Source: Eledone cirrhosa
Lineage: Eukaryota
Assembly: GCA_964016885.1 (NCBI GenBank)
Contig: OZ024766.1
Coordinates: 15,128,001-15,192,000, forward strand
DNA length: 64,000 nucleotides
Direction: 5' to 3'
Positions within the stretch are counted from its first letter, which is position 1. Every line of letters starts with the position of its first letter. Made by a program: the position numbers and the translations under genes. Of the stretch, positions 42,601 to 57,050 are shown in pieces. The notes below the pieces were generated by a model, which did no database searches, had not been told where the DNA came from, and saw nothing but the letters and a program-made list of their open reading frames with translations.

Positions 42601-45600
42601 AAAATCAATTAAATCGACCCCAGTGTGTGACTGGTACTTCATTTTATCAACCCTGTTGGGATGAAAGGGATAGCTACCACAATTCTATCATCTATATTAT
42701 AGCGTTGTCATCTATACTATATCTATATCATCTGTACTATATTTGTATCATCTTAATTTCCATGTTTCTAACACCCATGGATATGCCTACAAAGTCAGAA
42801 AACAGCACAGCTCCCATGACTTTCGGAAACATTTTTTCAAGCTCAGAGTTGCTGAAGCATGGAACAAACTACCTGCATCAGTTGTTAGCTGTCGAGACAC
42901 ATCCTTTACAACCGCCATGGAACAAACTAATTGCATCAGTTGTTAGCTGTCGAGACACTACATCCTTTAAAACCTCCATGGAACAAACTACCTGCATCAG
43001 TTGTTAGCTGTCGAGACACTACATCCTTTAAAACCTCTATGCTTCCTGAGATTCGTCAACACTGCACCTGATGTCCCCCCTTCCATACACACGCACACAT
43101 GTATTTCATGACTCTAACACTGTTCCTTTTCCTGACATTTAAACATTATTCTATGTACTATACATGCACCTTTGATGAGTTGTAGTGCACCTGAGCACTG
43201 TACACAATAATTTCATTATTATATTATTTTATACTCCAGTGGTATGACCTAAACTATATATAATCCATACTATATCTATACAATCTATATGATTTCCGTA
43301 ACATCGATATTATGTCTATATACTTGCCGATTCTCTACACTCCATACCAATGTTATACTATATATTCATGAGGCTATGATATCCCCTTTATATTGTAAGC
43401 ACATAGCTTAGTAGTTAGAGCATTGGCCTTGCAATCGAAAGGTTGTGAGTTCAATTCTCAGACCGGGTGATGTGTTGTTTCCTTGAGCGGGACACTTTAT
43501 TTCCCATTGCTCCAGTTTACTCAGTTGTAGAAATGAGATGATAGGGACTGGGGTCCATATCATTCCACTGCAAAGTGGTCCTGGAGGTGCCACGGCAAAA
43601 AACACCCAATACTCACTGTAAATGAGGTTGGTGTTAGGAAGGGCATCCAGCTGTAGAAATCAAGCCAGAATCAGTTTCCGTCCCACCCTTGTAAGCAGGG
43701 AAATGCAGACGTAAAATGATGATGATGATGATTGTAGCTCCAAAACAGTTTAAATCTACCTGTCTCACAGGTGTTACCTTCATAACCAGCACTAAAACAC
43801 ACACCTGTCTCTGTGTTACACTTAGCTGTGTGTTACACCTACTGTCATCTTGACTCAATATATCATGTTAGAAACAAAGCTATACTACACCACTTACCTG
43901 TCTGACAGTTGCTACCTTCATAACCAGCAGTACATCCTCCACTAGAACACACACCTGTCTGTTTGTAACACCTGTTATTATCAGCACAGTGGCATGTGTG
44001 TTTACAGTTAGCTCCAAATTTACCAATGTCACAGGCTGTAATATGAAATGTAATGTAAACAGTTTGAACAATTTCAAGATATAATATTTAGAATTATTAA
44101 CCTTTTTGATATCAAAATACCTGACACCGATTAACTGTTTTACTCTATATATTTATCTAAAAACCTCCCACTATAGTGTTATGTAAGAACTTTTGTTAAG
44201 TTATGTTCCATCCAAAATATTAGTGATGAAAATCTCAGTTATATAACTATAGCCCTTCAAATTCTTCATTATATAAAAATTTGTTTAAATTTGTATGCAA
44301 TATATTTCTTTAGTAATATGGTAATGAAAGGATTAATGACATAGACAGTGTCTTTAAGTAGAAATATGGTAATGAAAGGGTTAATGATATAGACAGTGTC
44401 TTTAAGTAGAAATATGTAATGAAAGGGTTAATGACATAGACAGTGTCTTTAAGTAGAGATATGGTAATGAAAGGGTTAATGACATAGACAGTGTCTTTAA
44501 GTAGAAATATGGTAATGAAAGGGTTAATGACATAGACAGTGTCTTTAAGTAGAGATATGTAATGAAAGGGTTAATGACATAGACAGTGTCTTTAAGTAGA
44601 AATATGGTAATGAAAGGGTTAATGACATAGACAGTGTCTTTAAGTAGAGATATGTAATGAAAGGGTTAATGACATAGACAGTGTCTTTAAGTAGAAACTT
44701 GGTAATGAAAGGTTTAATGACATAGAGTCTATGTCATTAAACCTTAATCCAAATATTCAATTACTTTGAAGCAAGAAACAAATGCAAATATCCGACTAAC
44801 TTGAATTTTCCATCGGATTTTAAAATTATTTTACGTATTTTTGCTATATTAGTTTTTTTAACTTAATATTATTATTTTTCTATTGTATTTCTTTATAATT
44901 ATGTGAATACAAAAATATTTTATATTGTAACTTTTTATGTTAAATAATAAATGACTATAAAACTATACAAAAACTATAATAATTTCACAAAAGTCGCATT
45001 CATAGGTATATCAACTTATGCGACCTCCTTTATTACTGCCTAATTTAAATGTGGCCTCTAATGGTAAAAAGGTTCCTCTCCTCTGACATAGACAGTGTCT
45101 TTCATTAGAAATATGGTAATGAAAGGGTTAATGACATAGACAGTGTCTTTTATTAGAAATGTGGTAATGAAAGGGTTAATGACATAGACAGTGTCTTTTA
45201 TTGGAAATGTGGTAATGAAAGGGTTAATGACATAGACAGTGTCTTTTATTAGAAATGTGGTAATGAAAGGGTTAATGACATAGACAGTGTCTTTTATTAG
45301 AAATGTGGTAATGAAAGGGTTAATGACATAAACAGTGTCTTTCATTAGAAATATGGTAATGAAAGGGTTAATGACATAGACAGTGTCTTTTATTAGAAAT
45401 GTGGTAATGAAAGGGTTAATGACATAGACAGTGTCTTTCATTAGAAATGTGGTAATGAAAGGGTTAATGACATAGACAGTGTCTTTTATTAGAAATGTGG
45501 TAATGAAAGGGTTAATGACATAGACAGTGTCTTTCATTAGAAATATGGTAATGAAAGGGTTAATGACATAGACAGTGTCTTTTATTAGAAATGTGGTAAT

Positions 45601-48600
45601 GAAAGGGTTAATGACATAGACAGTGTCTTTCATTAGAAATGTGGTAATGAAAGGGTTAATGACATAGACAGTGTCTTTTATTAGAAATGTGGTAATGAAA
45701 GGGTTAATGACATAGACAGTGTCTTTTATTAGAAATGTGGTAATGAAAGGGTTAATGACATAGACAGTGTCTTTCATTAGAAATATGGTAATGAAAGGGT
45801 TAATGACATAGACAGTGTCTTTCATTAGAAATGTGGTAATGAAAGGGTTAATGACATAGACAGTGTCTTTTATTAGAAATGTGGTAATGAAAGGGTTAAT
45901 GACATAGACAGTGTCTTTCATTAGAAATATGGTAATGAAAGGGTTAATTACTACACCATATACCTGTCTGACAGTTGCTACCTTCATAACCAGCAGCACA
46001 TCCTCCACTAGAACACACACCTGTCTGTTTGTTACATTTACTGTTGTCAGCACAGTGACATGTGTTGCCACAGTTGGCTCCAAATTTACCTGATTTACAG
46101 ACTGGAAATAAAATATGAGAACAATGACAATTATAACAACATTTACACTATACAAGATAATAAATATCACAATATTATATTATCTATATTATAATGTTGT
46201 CATCTATACCAGAGGTCGGCATCCTTTTGGGGTGTGCGGGCCACATTGCTATGGAGTGTCACACAGGCAGGCCACATTTCTATGCAGTGTCTCACTGGCA
46301 GGCCACATTGTTACGAAGTGTCTTGTCAGTTGCTCACATTGCTATACAGTGTCTTGTCAGCAGGCCACATTGCTATACAGTGTCTTGTCAGCAGGCCACA
46401 TAGCTATGGAGTGTCTTGTCAGCAGGCCACATAGCTATGGAGTGTCTTGTCAGCAGGCCACATAGCTATGGAGTGTCTCACCAGCAGGCCACATTGCTAT
46501 ACAGTGTCTTGTCAGCAGGCCACATTGCTATACAGTGTCTTGTCAGCAGGCCACATAGCTATGCAGTGTCTCACCAGCAGGCCACATAGCTATGGAGTGT
46601 CTTGTCAGCAGGCCACATAGCTATGGAGTGTCTCACCAGCAGGCCACATTGCTATGCAGTGTCTTCTCAGCAGGCCATATTGCTATGCAGTGTCTCACCA
46701 GCAGGCCACATGGCTATGGAGTGTCTCACCAGCAGGCCACATAGCTATGCAGTGTCTCGTCAGCAGGCCATATTGCTATGCAGTGTCTCGTCAGCAGGCC
46801 ACATAGCTATGTAGTGTCTCAGCAGCAGGCCACATAGCTATGGAGTGTCTCACCAGCAGGCCACATAGCTATGTAGTGTCTTGTCAGCAGGCCACATAGC
46901 TATGTAATGTCTCGCCAGCAGGCCACATAGCTATGCAGTGTCTCACCAGCAGGCCACATAGCTATGCAGTGTCTCGTCAGCAGGCCATACTGCTATGCAG
47001 TGTCTCGTCAGCAGGCCATATTGCTATGCAGTGTCTCACCAGCAGGCCACATAGCTATGCAGTGTCTCGTCAGCAGGCCACATTGCTATACAGTGTCTTG
47101 TCAACAGGCCATATAGCTATGGAGTGTCTCACCAGCAGGCCACATAGCTATGTAGTGTCTTGTCAGCAGGCGACATAGCTATGGAGTGTCTCACCAGCAG
47201 ACTACATAGCTATGCAGTGTCTCACCAGCAGGCCACATTGTTATGCAGTGTCTCACCAGCAGGCCACATAGCTATGCAGTGTCTCGTCAGCAGGCCACAT
47301 TGCTATGCAGTGTCTCGTCAGCAGGCCACGTAGCTATGTAGTGTCTCGTCGGCAGGCCATGATATCAAATAAGTAATGAGAACATATGTAAAAAGAATGC
47401 AGTAATATAATAAAATACTCTGACATTTTTAATAAACTCTGACAAAGCCATGACACCTGGCAGTGTATTTAAACCAGGGTTGCCATTTGTTCAGTGAACA
47501 TATTTACTTCTAATAATACTGAACACTTTTAACATAGAAAAATAAATAAACATTGATTATTATCAAATACAGTCCCTTACAGATGTTTTACTACCAGACA
47601 GTTAACTAAAATGAACAATTTTGAGGATGAAATGAAATAACTATGTCAGACATACTGACTTTTTTAGGTAAGTCTGGGTCATTTCACATCCCTGCCATAC
47701 AGATACTATGTATGTACATATATACACGAATACACACACACAGTCCCTTTGACCTCGATGTCTGACTATTCTATCTCTCTGAGTTTGATTGTTTCTTACT
47801 GTCACATTAAAACATTACGTTCAGTTAAGTGAGTCTTGAGGTTAGACGTGTTCTCTAGTTGGTATTTTAATCCCAAATAATTCAGAACACATTTTCAGGG
47901 GATGGCTTAGTCAAAGATTGAAACCTGTCGGCAGGCCAGATGTGGCCCGTGGGCCAGATGTGGCCCGCGGGCCAGATGTGGCCTACGGGCCAGGGATTTA
48001 ATGACCCCTAATCTATACTATAGTGATATCAACTATTTTATATCTATATCATCTGTACTATATCCCTACAACCTATATTATATCTATAGCTATACTATAT
48101 CTATTCCTCTATATTATATCTATTGAAGGTGCAAGGATTAGTGGTAAGAGCGTCAGGCTTACAATCATAAAGTTGTGAGTTTGATGCCTGAATCTTGCTG
48201 TGTTTTGTGTTCTTGAACAACTCACTTTATTTCATGTTGCTCAAGATACTCTGCTATAGAAATGAGTTCTGATGTCACACTTTCAATAGGAACACACACC
48301 TGTCTCTAAGTTACACCTGCTGTTGTTTTGTTTCAATATATTATGCTACAACAAAGTTATGCTACATCACTTACCTTATTAGAAATATGGTAATGAAAGG
48401 GTTAATGACATAGACAGTGTCTTTCATTAGAAATATGGTAATGAAAGGGTTAATGACATAGACAGTGTCTTTCATTAGATATATGGTAATGAAGGGGTTA
48501 ATGACATAGACAGTGTCTTTCATTAGATATATGGTAATGCAGGGGTTAATAACATAGGTAGTGTCTTTCATTAGATATATGGTAATGAAAGGGTTAATGA

Positions 48601-51600
48601 CATAGACAGTGTCTTTTATTAGATATATGGTAATGAAGGGGTTAATGACATAGACAGTGTCTTTCATTAGATATATGGTAATGCAGGGGTTAATAACATA
48701 GGTAGTGTCTTTCATTAGATATATGGTAATGAAAGGGTTAATGACATAGACAGTGTCTTTTATTAGATATATGGTAATGAAGGGGTTAATGACATAGACA
48801 GTGTCTTTCATTAGATATATGGTAATGAAAGGGTTAATGACATAGGTAGTGTCTTTCATTAGAAATATGGTAATGAAAGGGTTAATGACATAGACAGTGT
48901 CTTTCATTAGATATATGGTAATGAAGGGGTTAATGACATAGACGGTGTCTTTCATTAGATATATGGTAATGCAGGGGTTAATAACATAGGTAGTGTCTTT
49001 CATTAGATATATGGTAATGAAAGGGTTAATGACATAGACAGTGTCTTTTATTAGATATATGGTAATGAAGGGGTTAATGACATAGACAGTGTCTTTCATT
49101 AGATATATGGTAATGAAAGGGTTAATGACATAGACAGTGTCTTTCATTAGATATATGGTAATGAAGGGGTTAATGACATAGACAGTGTCTTTCATTAGAT
49201 ATATGGTAATGCAGGGGTTAATAACATAGGTAGTGTCTTTCATTAGAAATATGGTAATGAAAGGGTTAATGACATAGACAGTGTCTTTCATTAGAAATAT
49301 GATAATGAAAGGGTTAATGACATATAGTTTCTTTCATTAGAAATATGGTAATGAAAGGGTTAGTGACATAGACAGTGTCTTTCATTAGATATATGGTAAT
49401 GCAGGGGTTAATAACATAGGTAGTGTCTTTCATTAGAAATATTGTAATGAAAGGGTTAATGACATAGACAGTGTCTTTCATTAGAAATATGATAATGAAA
49501 GGGTTAATGACATATAGTGTCTTTCATTAGAAATATGGTAATGAAAGGGTTAATGACATAGACAGTGTCTTTCATTAGATATATGGTAATGCAGGGGTTA
49601 ATAACATAGGTAGTGTCTTTCATTAGATATATGGTAATGAAAGGGTTAATGACATAGACAGTGTCTTTTATTAGAAATATGGTAATGAAAGGGTTAATGA
49701 TATAGACAGTGTCTTTCACTAGATATATGGTAATGAAGGGGTTAATGACATAGACAGTGTCTTTCATTAGAAATATGGTAATGAAAGGGTTAATGACATA
49801 GGTAGTGTCTTTAATTAGAAATATAGTAATGAAAGGGTTAATGACATAGACAGTGTCTTTTATTAGAAATATGATAATGAAAGGGTTAATGACATAGACA
49901 GTGTCTTTCATTAGAAATATGGTAATGAAAGGGTTAATGACATAGGTAATGTCTTTAATTAGAAATATAGTAATGAAAGGGTTAATGACATAGACAGTGT
50001 CTTTCATTAGAAATATGGTAATGAAAGGGTTAATGACATAGACAGTGTCTTTCATTAGAAATATGGTAATGAAAGGGTTAATGACATAGGTAATGTCTTT
50101 AATTAGAAATATAGTAATGAAAGGGTTAATGACATAGACAGTGTCTTTCATTAGAAATATGGTAAGGAAAGAGTTAATGACATAGACAGTGTCTTTCATT
50201 AGATATATGGTAATGAAAGGGTTAATGACATAGACAGTGTCTTTCATTAGAAATATGGTAATGAAAGGGTTAATGACATAGACAGTGTCTTTCATTAGAA
50301 ATATGGTAATGAAAGTGTTAATGACATATACAGTGTCTTTCATTAGAAATATGGTAATGAAAGGGTTAATGACATAGACAGTGTCTTTCATTAGAAATAT
50401 GGTAATGAAAGGGTTAATGACATAGACAGTGTCTTTCATTAGAAATATGGTAATGAAAGGGTTAATGACATAGGTAATGTCTTTAATTAGAAATATAGTA
50501 ATGAAAGGGTTAATGACATAGACAGTGTCTTTCATTAGAAATATGGTAAGGAAAGAGTTAATGACAGACAGTGTCTTTCATTAGATATATGGTAATGAAA
50601 GGGTTAATGACATAGACAGTGTCTTTCATTAGAAATATGGTAATGAAAGGGTTAATGACATAGACAGTGTCTTTCATTAGAAATATGGTAATGAAAGGGT
50701 TAATGACATATACAGTGTCTTTCATTAGAAATATGGTAATGAAAGGGTTAATGACATAGACAGTGTCTTTCATTAGAAATATGGTAATGAAAGGGTTAAT
50801 GACATAGACTGTGTCTTTCTTTAGAAATATGGTAATGAAAGGGTTAATGACATATACAGTGTCTTTCATTAGAAATATGGTAATGAAAGGGTTAATGACA
50901 TAGACAGTGTCTTTCATTAGAAATATGGTAATGAAAGGGTTAATGACATATACAGTGTCTTTCACTAGAAATATGATAATTGTTTCTACTTTTGGCACAA
51001 GGCCTGCAATTACCCAGTGTATTACTGGTACTTTATTTTATCGACCCCATAAGGATGAAAGGCAAAGTTAACCTCGGCGGGATTTGAACTCAGAATGGCA
51101 AGGGCCGTAACTCTATGCGTCAAAGCATGGCGTCCGACCCTCTACCGATACTGCCAATCCAATTAGATATATGATAATGAAAGGGTTAATGACATAGACA
51201 GTGTCTTTCATTAGAAATATGGTAATGAAAGGGTTAATGACATAGACAGTGTCTTTCATTAGAAATATGGTAATGAAAGGGTTAATGACATATACTGTGT
51301 CTTTCATTAGAAATATGGTAGTAGGAAGTTTAATTACTATACTGACAGTTGCTACCTTCATAACCAGCAGCACATCCTCCACTAGAGCATACACCTGTCT
51401 CTATGTTACACCTGATGTTGTTTTGTTTCAATATATTAAGCTACAGACTAAGCTATACTACACAACACACTTCATTGGAACACACACCTGTCTCTGTGTT
51501 ACATCTCGCTGTTTGTTACACGTCTCTGTATGTTACACCTGCTGTTGTCTTGACCCACTATATTAAGTTATAAACAAAGCTATACTACACCACTTACCTG

Positions 51601-53992
51601 TCTGACAGTTGCTACCTTCATAACCAGCAGTACATCCTCCACTAGAACACACACCTGTCTGTTTGTTACATTTACTGTTGTCAACACAGTGACATGTGTT
51701 GCCACAGTTGGCTCCAAATATACCATTTCTACAGACTGTGGAAATAAAAATATGAGAACAATGACAACAACAACAACATATAACACTATACAAGATAATC
51801 ATCATCTTCATCATTACCATTTAATGTCCATTTTCTATGCTAGCATGGGTTAGATATACTGTCCCATTGTGAGAAAAGTTGGGTCAGATGGCCATGTCTT
51901 GCTTATGCAGAACTGATTTGGGATTGGTTTTGATGGCTGGATGCCCTTCCAAATGCCAACCACTTTACAGTGTGGACTGGGCACTTTTTGTTGTGTCACC
52001 AACTTGACCACTTTACAATGAGAGCTGAGCACTTTTTGTTGTGGCATTATCACAACCATTTTACAGTGTGTGCTGGGCACTTTTTGTTGTGGCACTATCA
52101 CAAGCACTTTATAGTGTGGGCTGGGCATTTTTGTTGTGGCACTATCACAACCACTTTACAATGAGGGCTGGGCACATTTTGTGTCACCAACATGACCACT
52201 TTACAGTGTGGGCTGGGCATTTTCGTTGTGGCACTATCGCAACCACTTTACAGTGTGGACTGGGGACTTGAGTGGGGCAGTTGCATGGGGATTGAGGAGG
52301 TAGATTTAGGGGCATGGGTGAGGGGTGGGGATTTAGTAGCTCACTGACCTTTCTTCAACCCATTCTCACACTGGCTACTGTGCTTTCAGAACACCTTCAT
52401 CCACTGCAAGTAACAGAAACTATGTACCACTTCTTCATAACCAGCACCACACCCTCTACTGTAACACACCTGTCTTACAGTTGCTATCTTCATAACCATC
52501 ACCACACACTTCACTGGAACACACACCTGTCTCTGTGTTACATCTAGCTGTTTGTTACACCTGCTGTTGTTAGTACAGTGACATGTGTGTTTACAGTTAG
52601 GTCCAAATTTACCTGCTTTACACCCTGAAAATAAAAATATGGAATGTTCTGCATGAGTATGTGGTCGAATGACAGCTCCTTGCTCCGATAAATCATGTCA
52701 CTTCTAACACATGTAGCATACATGTTTCCCTTCCATGTAATAACCCAATATATTAAGTTAGAAACAAAGCTATACTACACCACTTACCTGTCTGACAGTT
52801 GCTACCTTCATAACCAGCAGCACATCCTCCACTAGAACACACACCTGTCTCTTTGTTACACCTGCTGTTATCAGCACAGTGACATGTGTATTTACAGTTG
52901 GGTCCAAATTTACCTGTTTACAGACTGTGGGTATTAAATATGAGAACAATGACAATTACAGCAACATATAACACTATACAAGATAATAAATATCATAATT
53001 ATATCATCTATATATATGGTGGCACATGGCTTAATGGTTAGAGCATTGGCCTTGCAATTGAAAGGTTGTGAGTTCAATTCTGAGACCGGGTGATGTGTTG
53101 TTTCCTTGAGCAAGACACTTTATTTCACATTGCTCCAGTTTACTCAGCTGTAGAAATGAGATGATAGGGACTGGGGTCCCTATCATTCCACTGTAAAGTG
53201 GTCGTGGAGGTGCCATGGCAAAAAAGCACCCACTACTCACTGTAAATAAGGTTGGTGTTAGGAAGGACATCCAGCTGTAGAAATCAAGCCAGAATCAGTT
53301 TCCGTCCCACCCTTGCAAGCAGGGAAAAGCGAACGTAAAATGATGATGAGTCTAACCCATGCTGGTGTGGAAGATGTACGTTATACGAAGATGATGATGA
53401 TATAGTATTGTCATCTATCATCTATACTATATCTCTACAACCTATATGATATCTATATCCTATATATTATATCTAATCATCTGTATTATATCTATATCAT
53501 CTGTATTATATCTATATCATCTGTATTATATCTATATCATCATAACCAGCATCACACCTGTCTCTGTCTGTTTTTTTACACCTGCTGTTGTTTTGTTTCA
53601 TATATCAAGTTAGAAACAAATCTGTACTACAGTACTTACCTGTTTGACAGTTGCTACCTTCATAACCAGCAGCACATCCTCCACCTGAACACACACCTGT
53701 CTCTTTGTTACACCTGCTGTTATCTGCGCAGTGACATGTGTATTTACAGTTGGCTCCAAATTTACCTGTTTTACAGACTGAAAATAAAAATATGGAAGTC
53801 TAAATATATTTAATAATTCACATTAATTTCTGATATTTTCATATTTTACATGGTAGACATTATTTGAATTTTGAAAATGTGAGACCAGAGAAATTGCTTC
53901 ATGTGACACTGTAAGAAAACATTAAAGAAAACATAAAAAAATGAAATGTATATCTTCTTCTTTATCATTAAGAATGTCAGCAGCAGCAGCAC

Positions 53993-54024
<32 letters not shown>

Positions 54025-54560
54025 CAGAGAGAGAGAGAGAGAGAGAAGAGAGAGAGTAGTTAATAATAAATACAAAGACCAAAATCTAGAGAGGGCTCAA
54101 TAAGATAAGAGTTTTATGTATATGTATATATATACATATATATGTATCATCATCATCATCATCATCATTTTACGTCCACTTTTCCCTGGTTGCGAGGGTG
54201 GGACGGAAACTGATTCTGGCTTGATTTCTACAGCTGGATGCCCTTCCTACCACCAACCTTATTTACAGTGAGTGCTGGGTGCTTTTTTGCTGTGGCACCT
54301 CCACGACCACTTTGCAGTGGAATGATAGGGACCGCAATCCCTATCATCTCATTTCTACAGCTGAGTAAACTGGAGCAATGTGAAATAAAGTGTCTTGCTC
54401 AAGGAAACAACACATCACCCGGTTTGAGAATTGAACTCACAACCTTTCGATTGCAAGGCCAATGCTCTAACCACTAAGCCATAGAGAGAGAGAGAAGTGA
54501 GAGAGTAGTTAATAATAAATAGAAACACCAAAATCTGGAGAGGGCTCAATAAGATAAGAG

Positions 54561-54610
<50 letters not shown>

Positions 54611-56482
54611 TCAATACATAAACAGAGAAAGCCTTAAGCGATACTCTGACCAACACCATCTCACTCAACAAACATTAGGATATACCTAAGTATTATCCCA
54701 ATTTAGTGTTTGGGGTGCTAACTAATCAGTATTTCGTGGATAGCTGGTTGTATTATTTTATATGAGACATTATTAAATAAATATCTCTTTCCCTCCAGAC
54801 GGCCGTTTCATTATAAGATTTCTACAATTTGGAATAAATAATTTCCAGGTTATGTAGAAACTTGTATATAATCCATAGTTTTATACACAAGTGGGCTCTT
54901 ATAAACTCATCAGTGGATGCCCAAATAATATCGATATAAGAATTATATCGACATTAATAGATTAGTGATGGTCTCCCTCAACGCTAAGAAGAGACTGGTA
55001 GTTCAGAAAATCCAGCAGTCCTCTCAAAGATAAAATACACGCTGTACCCAAAAGGGTAAAGGGAGGTCATCTTAAAATAAACCAATATACACGCTGGTCA
55101 TTTAAACCTGTTAGGTATTAACCACATGTATAAGAACTCAATTGGATAGTAAAAGAATAACTATATGTATACACAACCAATGCACACATAGAGATAACAC
55201 ATAATAAATACATGTATGGATCCCCCATATACACACACAGCCACTCTCTAAGGCTAAATCAGACATGGGATACAAGGAAGATCAATCAGTATTTCATATA
55301 AAAAATAATAATAATAAAGTGCAGGGTGATAAAAATTAACGGTAGCCACGGAGCAGGCAGACTCAGAAAAACCTGGGATGACTTGATAAATTCCGACCTC
55401 ACACCTCTCCAAGACAATGTCACTGGACCGAGATCTTTGGCCCCACACAGAAGACCCGCCTTGCCTAAGTACAAAGCGAAACCTACAGTCAGTAGGCACC
55501 TCTAACAAAATACACCCCTGTCCCACTACCCCACCCCATCCACACCACCCCCTTAAATGTGAAGTTATGTTGGTACCACAACATCCAGTCCGAAACAAAT
55601 GAGGTTGTGTAGGTGTCACAACAGAAAAAACACACAGTCCACGCTGTAATGTGGCCGTGTAGGTAACACGGTAAAAACCTCCCAGTCCACACTGTAAACG
55701 TGGTTGGTGTTAGGAAGGGCATCCAGCCATAGAAAACTTGCCAGTCAGTCCTATACGAGCAGGACAACGAATATTGCCTCAAGTGGGAAAACTCCCGTCC
55801 AAACCCATGCAAGCGTGGAAGATGGACGTTAAACGATGATAATGATGATGATGATGATGATGAAAGAGAGTCATACCTTATATCTGGAAATCATATCTGG
55901 CCACCAAGAGTATATATTCAATACATAAACAGAGAAAGCCTTAAGCGATACTCTGACCAACTCCATCTCACTCAACAAACATTAGGATATACCTAAGTAT
56001 TTTCCTAATTTAGTGTTTGGGGTGCTAACTAATCAGTATTTCGTGGATAGCTGGTTGTATTATTTTATATGAGACATTATTAACTAAATATCTCTTTCCT
56101 TCCAGACGGCCGTTTCCTTATAAGATTTCTACAATTCGGGATAAATAATTTCCAGGTTATGTAGAAACTTGTATATAATCCATAGTTTTATACACAAGCG
56201 GGCTCTTATAAACTCATCAGTGGATGCCCAAATAATATCGATATAAGAATTATATCGACATTAATAGATTAGTGATGGGCTCCCTCAGCGCTAAGAAGAT
56301 CCAGCGCTTAGAAAATCCAGCAGTCCTCTCAAAGATAAAATACACGCTGTCCCCAAGAGGGTAAGGGGAGGTCATCTTAAAATAAAACAATATACACGCT
56401 GGTCATTTAAACCTGTTAGCTATTAACCACGTGTATAAGAACTCAATTGGATATTAAAAGAATAACTATATGTATACACAAT

Positions 56483-56544
<62 letters not shown>

Positions 56545-57000
56545 CAAATATTTCAAATATTTCAGATCAGTGGTTGGCGTTGGGAAGGGCATCCAGCCGT
56601 AAAAAAACAGTCAGAAACTCTCGTATATGAGCGAGACATGGTCACTTGACCCAACATGCCTCTAAATGGGACAACCCTGTCTAACCCATGCTAGCATGGA
56701 AGATAGACGTTAATTGATGATGATGATGATACATACATATATATATAGCTACATTACACCACTTACCTGTCTGACAGTTGCTACCTTCATAACCAGCAGT
56801 ACACCCTCCACTGTAACACACACCTGTCTCTGTGTTACATTTGCTGTTGTCTGCACAGTGACAATTTCTACTACAGCTGGGACCAAACTTTCCTACAGGA
56901 CACACTATAGAAAATATTTAAAATTCACTTCTAATATTCACTCACTTTTTTCAGGTAACATGTTTGATGTTTGTAAAACCTATGAAGACCTGCACTATAT

Positions 57001-57050
<50 letters not shown>

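Noticed and set aside
44980-45040. Hairpin gtcgcat/atgcgac followed by GAAA on the minus strand
   Set aside because: No CUGANGA core; too degenerate to call a ribozyme
45058-50998. ([16 protein letters not shown])n ORFs
   Set aside because: 48-bp satellite translation, interrupted by indels and a SINE
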